This document shows positions 1-64,000 of a stretch of 64,000 nt of DNA, piece after piece; the first letter of the stretch is position 1; every line of letters begins with the position of its first letter. Origin of the DNA: Podarcis gaigeae (lineage: Eukaryota); assembly GCA_964106915.2 (NCBI GenBank), contig OZ066916.1, one strand, 5' to 3'. The position numbers and the translations under genes were made by a program. The notes under the pieces are model-generated. The model was not told the origin of the DNA and searched no databases. It saw nothing but the letters and a program-made list of their open reading frames with translations.

Positions 1-1834
1 ATGACCATAAAAGCCTGTAAAGGTAAGAATAAGGATCTTATGCTGAATGTGGAAGTAGGTAGAAAGCCGGTGAAGGGATTTAAGAAAGGTTTTCATATGA
101 TCAGAATTACAAGATATGTAAATGAGTTTGGTACCAGAATGCTGGGTGGAAATGGAGGACCAGATGAGGCAATGAAGGAGTAGAGAGGTCACCCTCTGGG
201 TTCAAGTACACTTCCACTTGTCCCACTGCTTTCTTCCAGGGAAACCCACTGTTTACCTCTGAATTGGCGCAGGGGAAAGGAAAACTGTGAATGAACTATC
301 AGTCAGCCTAACGTGTCTCATAAGTGTTATTAGAATAAAGTGGGATATAGGTGGTGGTGGTCAGTAGAGAATTTATATAAGCTGTGTTGAGCTTGAAAGA
401 GTGGGGGGGATAAACTTTTGTTATGATATTTTGTCCTTTCTGTTAACGTGTTGCATCATTCCTATTCTCCTCCTCTGCCAAATGTGGGATTCTAGTTGGA
501 GTATTTGATCAGTAGGCCATCTTTTGAATGTTCGCATCAGTTTCCATTACTATGAATTGAAAAAGGAATATGAGTTACAGATTAGTTTATAAACTCATTG
601 TGCTTCTTACTGAGCCACTTCCAATTGCTAAAAAACATTTATGTTGCAGGCTGCATTTATCCAGATTGTCTGAGCCCACAAAATGCTGCTGGAAGCAGAC
701 TGTCAAATAAAGCATGATTTGAGATTCTAGACCACCCCTTCTCTTGCAGTCTCTGTTGCTGCAGCAGAAAGTGGTGGCAGGCTGTTTCTCTTAACCTCTT
801 GGTCTAGTGTTCTAGCCGTAATCCTGCAATAGGAAACAGGCTGAAAGATTTGTATGGATCACCTTAGGTGTGTTTGGTAAGACAATCCCTCTACTTCCCT
901 GAGCCAGTGTTTACCTGATCTTATGACAGGAAGGTGGCATTATGTGGCATCCTCTCAAGCTGTCTGTACACCTGTCATAATGCATGTTGCCAGCTGTTCC
1001 ATCATTGCATCTTGTGCCAAGTGCACATAATGCACCTGAGAATGCACACAAACGTCTGCATGTTGCCATCTGTTCTCACCATTGGACTTTGAACACAATT
1101 CTGAGAATCAATGTAGTGTACCAATACTATTCGAAAGGTGTCTGACTTGTGAGCCGAGTAAAATATTGTTATTGAGTAGCTCAGTTCAGCTGAAACCACA
1201 TACGTGTCCCAGAACTATGTGTATGAATTGGCTTTATTCTGAGAAATGTGTGTTGTCATTGTGCTAGATAGGGAAAGCCCCTAAGGTTCATGCTAGCCCT
1301 GATCCTATGAATGTCCGCTGGCAAACACATCCTATACCCTTATTAAATCAAGTGCTCTTTTTGCATTTCCTGAAGAAAGCCAAGCTTGCCCATTATCAAG
1401 AATGGCAAGGTCATTCTTAATAAAATAAGATTTTGCTCTTTGGCATGATATTTAGTTGATATGATTATTTTATTGTAAATAAATAGTAGAATGGCAACCC
1501 TGATGCAGTTATTGCTAGTTCATAGGACCAAGCACACAGTAATAATCATTTTCGCTGATCACTGCTAAATTGCTCTGTTTGGCAAGGTGCATATGACCAT
1601 TGCAACTCCCAAGTAGTATTATCAATTCCCCAAATTAGCACTTTCAGAATATATGCAGATCTGGTAATAAGAAGTTCAGATAGCGTATCCTTTATCTTCC
1701 TAGCTCCTTTAGTTCAGTGTCTTTGCCCATAGATTTAAGTTACAGATAGGTAGCCGTGTTGGTCTGCCATAGTCAAAACAAAAAAAAATAAATCCTTCCA
1801 GTAGCACCTTAAAGATCAACTAAGTCAGTTCTTG

Positions 1835-1872
1835 GTATGAGCTTTCGTGTGCATGCACACTTCTTCAGATAC
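1835..1872 (-). ncRNA. Hammerhead ribozyme motif, mirror copy in left pLTR
   Basis: Exact reverse complement of 2431-2468. Confidence 0.78.
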
Positions 1873-2425
1873 ACTGAAACAGAAGTTTCCAGACCCTTCT
1901 ATATAGTGAGAAGGTGGGGAGGGGTATTACTCAGAAGGCTGGTGGGAATGGGTGATTGGCAGATAGCTGTGATGAGCCTGTTGACGACTCTTAACGACTG
2001 CAATAGGTCTTACAGGAAGAAAGAAAAGGTGAAAAATGGCTTTGTCATGTATAATGGGATAAGAATGGTTTTAAGTTTGGTGATAAGTTGTAATTCAGCA
2101 GCTTCTCTTTCCAGTCTATTTCTGAAATTCCTTTGTAGTAAAACAGCTACTTTGAGATCTTGTATAGAATGTTCTGGGAGATTGAAGTGTTCTCCTACTG
2201 GTTTCTCTGTATTGTGATTCCTGATGTCCGATTTATGTCCGTTTATTCTTTGGCGTAAGGTCTGGCCTTTTCATCCCTTGCTTCTTCCTGTAAGACCTAT
2301 TGCAGTCGTTAAGAGTCGTCAACAGGCTCATCACAGCTATCTGCCAATCACCCATTCCCACCAGCCTTCTGAGTAATACCCCTCCCCACCTTCTCACTAT
2401 ATAGAAGGGTCTGGAAACTTCTGTT

Positions 2426-2478
2426 TCAGTGTATCTGAAGAAGTGTGCATGCACACGAAAGCTCATACCAAGAACTGA
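2426..2478 (+). ncRNA. Minimal type I hammerhead ribozyme motif in PLE pLTR, sense to EYA4
   Basis: GUAU-CUGAAGA-A-GUGUG(CAUG)CACAC-GAAA-GC-UC^AUAC; stem I extended by UCAGU/ACUGA. Confidence 0.78.
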
Positions 2479-5400
2479 CTTAGTTGGTCTTTAAGGTGCT
2501 ACTGGAAGGATTTTTTTTTGTTTTGACATAGATTTAAGATTTAGGCCCAGTTCAGACATAACAATTGTTTCCTGTTCCATGTCTACTAGCAGATCTCCTT
2601 TTAAATACACCACAGTTCCTGGTAATCACGAAAGCCAGTTTAACTGTCATTTGTTCAAACTATGATGAATGAGAAAAATACAGAATCAAACAATGTTTTC
2701 AAATCCTGGCTTGATCTTAAGCCATAGTTTAAACAAGCCTCAAAACCTTCAGTTCAGATATGGGGAACTGTGGTTTGTTTAAAACAGTTGTAGAGGACCT
2801 TTCTCCCAGCATGCCAGATCTATATCTGCCCTATCCTTTACAAGCTAAATTTGACAGGTGAGTGAGGGCACTCACCTGTCAATCACCTGACATCACAATG
2901 GTATCAAGTGACAAGGCTCTTTGAGGGGTCACTCCTAGTGTCCCTTCAAAAAAAGCTTGCTCCACATTCACAAAGGGGTTTGCATTAAAACCCCTGTTAA
3001 AACAGGATTTTTGCTCCATTTTAGCAGTCATTTCAATGCAAACCATGATTTTGGAGCAAGGTATGTTCCAGCCACCTATCAATTATTGGAGTGGGGAGTG
3101 TACCTTTATTCAGCAATAATTTGGAGCTTATTTTAAGCTCCTAATTGTTCCTTTAGGACCACGATGGTATTCGCTCTACCCCAACATCACATATGACATT
3201 AGGTATGGGGCAGGTGGGTGTGGTTTTCCAGGAATGGCCTGGTAGGTCAAAGTGGGGCAGTGGGCTAGACATTCTCCACTTCTGGTTTAAAAGCAAAAGC
3301 AAAAGCTGCTGATCTTCTTGCATATGCAAATGAAGGGAGTAGGATGGAGAAACCTGACTCTTCAGTGGCTTCTGTTTACAGATCTGGTAAATTAAATTGC
3401 CCTTTTAATCAACAGAATGTATAAAATACCAGTTTCAACTCTTTTAAATAGTAGAGGGTTCCTAACTTGTGTGTATCCTAGAATAACTATTTCTAAACAT
3501 ACATCTTGATGTCCACTTTTACTGCTGTAAGTAGAAAGATTTAGGGGATATTAAAGGGGAGCCATGTTTTGCAGAGGCTGCAGTTTGTCATAGTAAAGGA
3601 GAGTAAAATAGTCTGATGCAAATACTCACTACACTCTGTTGCCAAGACATACAAGAGGAAAAAGCCTCTGCTAAAGGCACCAGAGCCTATGCTACTCCAG
3701 CTTATGCAGGGTTAAATTTGTGCTTTTATAAAAATCACCTTTGAATGGAATCTCTGCAAGTCAGATTGATCTGTAGAGGAAGAAATGGAAGATACTTCCC
3801 ATGTGATGGGGTCACAGAGGAGGGCTACATTCCCCTGTGCTAACTTTCTGGGAGCCACATGCCAGCAGTAGGTGAGCCCCAAACCAAAGTGGATGACCTG
3901 AGCTGACAAAGTGCTCTTGCTCTCCCACTCCCTGTAACAGATTCACACACAGGCACTTACTTATACAGCCTCCCTCTGCTGTTGCTCAGATGACTTAGAA
4001 ACAGCTGAGCAGTAGAAAAGAAAGATGCTGCAGAAAGGGCAGGCATACACTCACTACATCTCATACACAGACATATGGAATTGGCTCCCTTGTCTCTCAC
4101 CCTTCCAGTCCTTGATCAAGTGATCTACTTATGAACTCCTTGGACCTTTCCAGCCAGGAATTACTAAGATTCTTATTCTGGAAGGTCTGGGACCCTGACA
4201 GCCTTCCCACTAGTTCTGCATTCATTTTCCCCTTGGAAAGTCAAAGGTAAGGGAAGCCTTCAAAAACTGCTGCCTCAGCGCACTCTGACAGAACCACCAC
4301 CTCACACTCAGAGCTGGCTGGAGTGGGAGGAGAGCCATGGTCTGCTGGAAAAAGACTATGAATAGCAGACTGGCTGGAAAGGTTCAATGACTTCATCATG
4401 TACAATGAGTTTGGTCATAATAGATGGTAGCAAGTTTAAAAACTTGAACATTCAGTCTCCTCCATGTGGATGTGAAAGAGGAGAAGACGGAACAGGGAGC
4501 ATTGAAGCCCAAGGTTTTCCACACATTCTAATAGTAGGATCCTGTGGTTTATTGTTAAGTGGAACCCAGCCAATAGATATTGGATATGAGCCTGGAACTA
4601 GGTGAAGTTCCCGTTTTTTTGTATTGGACCACTCTTGGCAGATCACTATGCCTCGTCCTCTGTTATCCCTCCTGTAACATTGCCACATATTGCAAAAATG
4701 AAGGAATTATGTTGGGTTTTTTAAATTTTAAGTAATTAAGATTATAAAGTATTTTATACCAAATGTTCTGTATAAAACACAGCTATAATTTATTTAGGAG
4801 TTTAAAGGACATACTGATAACAATTGATCCAGTTTCGATTAAAACGCTGTAAGCATCTAATAGGAGGTCATACTGCATATGAGATTCAGAAGACACAAAC
4901 GCTATGCAAAATGTGGAAAATCAAATTTAATAAATATTTTATGTTTGCTCATTCCATGATAAACATTGAGTTATTGCGCAGATTGAAAAGACAAAGTACA
5001 TACTAGATTATAGATACATATGGATAATACTTGCAAAATATTTGAACTGGAGCAACACACATTAAGTATACCGGATTTAGAAGATGAAAATTAATGTATG
5101 AATTATTTAGCTAACACTGCACTTTTGCCACAGAATCTGGTGTTTATTATTGTGAGCTTTAGCAGGAAACAGAAGCCGTATCAGTTGGGAAAACATTTCT
5201 TTACAAAATTGAGAACAGTTTGGCTTTCTCGTTTTTAAGCAGGGAACCTGGTTCTTTGGTTTCTTTGTTCCAAGTCAGACTACTCCCAAACTATTTTAGC
5301 TGAACGTTTTACATACTAGCGGAGTCAGGGGAAGTTAAGTTGGCAGCTGTTCGTGGGATAATAATGAAGCACACTGTTTAGTATTGCATATCCGCACTGT

Positions 5401-5544
5401 AAAATGTGAGAAGTATTTTATAGAGACCATGGTGAGCAGGGCTCTGTCCATTTTGTGTGATGTAAGTGCATGAACTGTAGGTGAGGAAACTTTTCTGTTT
5501 CGTTGTTTCATGGGAAAGTAACTGGCAATCATACTCTGTTGCAG

Positions 5545-60467
<54,923 letters not shown>

Positions 60468-61230
60468 CTGCTGTCACATAGTTGACAAATACTTTTTATA
60501 TTTCAAAGTACACTGATATTTTTTATGTGTGATCCAGTGCCTCTGGCTTTTACACATATGTATGGTCTTAAGAAGGAAAAGCAATATTTGGAATGAAAAT
60601 TCCATTGTGAAGAATTGAGATCACTGATTGGTGGAGTTACAAGTTTTAATTCTACACAAGGATGTTCTACATGGTCTTATACACACAACATTTTTGACGA
60701 TTAAAGAACTATAGAAGAAGGTTGCTGGTACACACCAATGAGCCCTAGCCAGAGTGAACAGCTTTTGCAATGGACTCAGACTGGGAAAGCAATGACACGC
60801 GTTTACTGATCAACAAAGGGTGGTATTCAACAACATTCCTCACTATGGGATATATTCTCAGCACTGAGGTTTGAATCAAACTTTAGTCTACCTAGCCCAA
60901 AAAATCTGAATTGGAATGTACTCAAACTGTGCATTGACAATCCTGTCTAGATCTGTAATATGTGTAAATTATTGATGAAAATAATTTACTGTGACTTTTA
61001 TTAACAGCTGACTTTGGAAGTGGATGCAATTTCTTTTGTTTTGGAGGTGTGTGGGATGGGGGTATATAATAATTATTATTGTCTCTTTTATAAGTTTGGC
61101 AAACAGAATGTGCATAATGATGTGTTGTGCCTTAAAAGACAAGATCTTGTTTGTGTGTTACAATGTAACATTGGTTTAAAATAATGTAGATAAAAGAAAT
61201 AAACCTTTGTGATAATTTTTGACATGACCA
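60468..61230 (+). other. EYA4: EYA4 proximal 3'UTR (may extend further)
   Basis: Follows the stop; AU-rich with no recognisable TE; AATAAA at 61198. Confidence 0.7.
61198..61203 (+). terminator. Candidate polyadenylation signal AATAAA (alternative ATTAAA at 61951)
   Basis: First canonical hexamer seen after the stop; U-rich sequence downstream. Confidence 0.5.
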
Positions 61231-63589
61231 AATTTCAAATTCAAATAATCAAAAGACAAGCACTTAAAAGTTTGTTGCAGTAAGGGGTGAGGGAAGTATA
61301 ATAACTGACAGCTGGTGCTTTTATTTAGTTTCTTAATAATTCCACAGATTGCAGGAGGCAAGTAACTTAAGAGAATGTCAAGAGGCTGAAGTGATATTGG
61401 GCACTGTGGGATTAATAATTAAAATGGCTGATTACTTGAGAAACATTTCTCTATTTTCATCTTTAAAGGAAAAAAACAAGTACTTGCACTGCAAGGAGCT
61501 TGATTTGATCAAGTACATATAAGGAGCAGGAAATTATTTCCCATTTACCAAGTCTCAAATTGTTAGCCAATAGGTTACATGAAAATATGGTTGATTCCTT
61601 CGAAAAAATATACAATGTGCCCTCTCCTTCCTTGTGTGCTGTTCTGGGGGATTCTCCCAACCCACCCAAGCCAATTTGGGAAGTGTGTACAGGGGAAGAA
61701 GAGTGAGGAACTCTCTTTGAGCAAGTGGAAATCCTTGTGTGGGCTTCTCGTAGTGGAATCAGTTATCTGGCCCTTGGTAGCCACAGTACAATTCAAAAGT
61801 GACTCCCCATTGGCCATGTTGGCTGAGGCTAATAAGACTTATAGTGCAGCAACATTGGGGGGACGGGACACTATGTTCACTAGTCCAACTGTAGGTTGTT
61901 CACAGTATGTTGTAGCCAACAGTCCAGGAATTTCCACCAGCATGTTGTTTATTAAAACATTTTCTAATTAATTTTAAGCATGGAGAAAAAGATCAGCATA
62001 GCACTCAATGGAACTCTTTCCTTTTCCCCCTCTGTGGTCAGCCCTTTACCACACATATCACGCATGCTAGCCATTACTTTCAACAGTAGATCAGTGTGTG
62101 TGTCCTATATTCTTACCATCTCCATGGCTCCAGCTTGCAAGTTACTCTGTGCATGTGTAGCCACTGTGTGCGTGTGCATGCCATTGCTCACAATGGCGGG
62201 ACAGGATGTGCTTTCCATATACCTACCCAGCCATTATATGCTCTGCTTTCTAGCTCTCTGCCTACCAGTTACACCTTTTGTTGACATGTAGCTTGTGGAA
62301 TGGATGCTTGGGAAGGAGAGAGGTAATACTGGGGCAGCTATAGATCAGCCCCTTATTAATGCCTGCTGCACTATGGTATGCATGCATGGCAAAGGGCCAG
62401 CTGGATACAGACAGTGCTCCATGGAACTGTTTTCAGATGCCCTCTTACAGACACAACTGCATTTGTGTAGGGTGAATAATGTACTTAATTTTCTATTTTT
62501 TATATTGAAATTCTAATTACTGGAGTAAATTTATGTCATTTTATTTCTGAAAAAAGTTTATCTTTAACAACAGCACTGGTGTAGAATAATTCAGTGTGAT
62601 AATTCGGTTTCTGGTTTTCTTTCTAGTAATGTTCAAGGAAAGAGAATTATATATACTTGTCCCTACACTTGTTCTCTACTTTGCAGTCCCAGTGTTTTAA
62701 TTAATCTCAAATAACAAGTTCTCCAGTATCGACTTTTGGTGCAAAAGATCCTTAAAATAGTGTATGATGAGCCATATGCCATCCCACTATTCAGTGGGTA
62801 CATATATACTGTTATTTGGGAGGATGAAAAAACTTCAGGTTTTGTAGCTTCAAAGATAAAAAGGCACATATGCAGTTATGTCATAAAAATCAGTTCAGAT
62901 CATCGTGTGAAATGTAACCCATTCCTGTTTTCCCATTTGTAAGGTTCTTTAGTAAACGCACAACCTTTACAATAACTGATGTGCACAGAAATCAGTATTT
63001 TAGCTCCCTAGGGCACAGAAAAAGAGGGCAGAGGAACAGGCATTAAGTGAATCAGATTATAATGTGAATGTAAAACCTGTGCTACCTGAAATTGACATAT
63101 GCAGCACAATCCCACACATGGTTATGCAGGAGTACATCCAACTGTGTTGAGTGTGGCTTATTTCTAGGAAAGTATGCACAGAATTGCAGATTCAGATTTT
63201 CTGCTATGCTGTGTCCTGCATTAACAATATTTGTAACCAGCCAGACAGAGGGTCAGTGTTGCGACTTCTTAGGCTAATGTGTAAAAGTGTTTTTCACTGA
63301 TGCAACAATAGCCAGGAAGGATGGGATATATAGTCAAAACTATCTGGAGGGCTCCATATGGGCTGACCCTGCCCTAATCTGTGCTGGATTTTGCCCCTGT
63401 GGACATACCAAAAAGGAATACTTAAATTATCATATCAGATAATGAAGTTCCTTGCTCTGCATTGATGCACTCAGATGCATAAATCTGAGTGAGATGTCTC
63501 TTTGATGCAACTACTTACAGGCTATTGATTCAAGGTTTTTTGTTTTTTGTTTAAAGGAAAAGTATTTGGCGTATATACTTTTTTAAAAA

Positions 63590-63712
63590 GGCAGCCATGT
63601 TGGTCCATAAGGGAAAACTCCAAAATCTGCAGTTTGAATGTGTTTTTAGGACCAACCAAAATGTCACTAAATAGGAGAATTTTGAGTTCCCTGAATTTGT
63701 CATCAAGCTAGA
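63590..63712 (-). mobile_element. Old PLE terminal remnant with decayed hammerhead
   Basis: ggcagccatgttggtc...taggaccaacc...tttgagttccctgaatttgtcatcaag; layout like 1750-1872. Confidence 0.4.
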
Positions 63713-64000
63713 TTCGTCTTATAAATGTAGATTTCTTGCAGAGTTTTTTTTTCTTCAACCATTTTTTAAAGAGATATATTCCAATGACACACAGAGAATG
63801 AAAACCAGCTTATGTTGACAAAACTATAGAATACCATTAATGCATACTTTATTCATTCAGAAATAGTGTGTAGTTGACAATATGATGTGGTCACAACAGA
63901 TACACAGTTCTGATGTGGTCTGTATTCATTGACACCCCCCCCCCCATATTTCCATTAATATTCTGATTCACAAAAACTCATATAAATGATGTTGATGCTG

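Larger units (their letters stand above)
1740..2527 (-). mobile_element. Penelope-like retroelement, 5'-truncated, with inverted pLTR
   Basis: Arms 1772-2021 and 2282-2527 are near-perfect inverted repeats. The spacer encodes on - a GIY-YIG C-terminal fragment (GQTLRQRINGHKSDIRNHNTEKPVGEHFNLPEHSIQDLKV...). Flanking direct repeat CATAGATTTAAG at 1728-1739 and 2527-2538. Confidence 0.88.

Noticed and set aside
1837-2466. Twin ORFs MSFRVHAHFFRYTETEV... on opposite strands
   Set aside because: Artefact of the PLE inverted repeat; they read antisense through the hammerhead and are not a protein gene.

Overview
Vertebrate genomic DNA from a squamate, most likely a lacertid lizard such as Podarcis (inferred from Sauria/POM-type SINEs). 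It holds almost the whole + strand EYA4 gene (Eyes absent 4, HAD-family tyrosine phosphatase and SIX co-activator). I traced 18 GT-AG coding exons from 5545 to the TAA at 60465-60467: 1890 nt in one continuous frame, 629 aa. The ATG exon lies upstream of the window and the 3'UTR follows the stop. Introns contain many TEs: Penelope-like elements (PLE), an L1 3' end, CR1, L2, SINEs, and Tc1/mariner and hAT MITEs. Main leads: (1) a young PLE in intron 2 whose inverted terminal repeat puts an intact-looking minimal hammerhead ribozyme on the EYA4 sense strand inside a ~250-bp dsRNA stem; (2) a candidate poison exon in intron 4 with a perfect TACTAAC branch point; (3) the second mutually exclusive catalytic exon of EYA4 is absent from called sequence and would fit the adjacent 156-N gap; (4) SIX/MEF3-like motifs, some carried by MITEs. 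Nearly all supplied ORFs are spurious. Exon numbering follows human EYA4 from memory; no database search was run.
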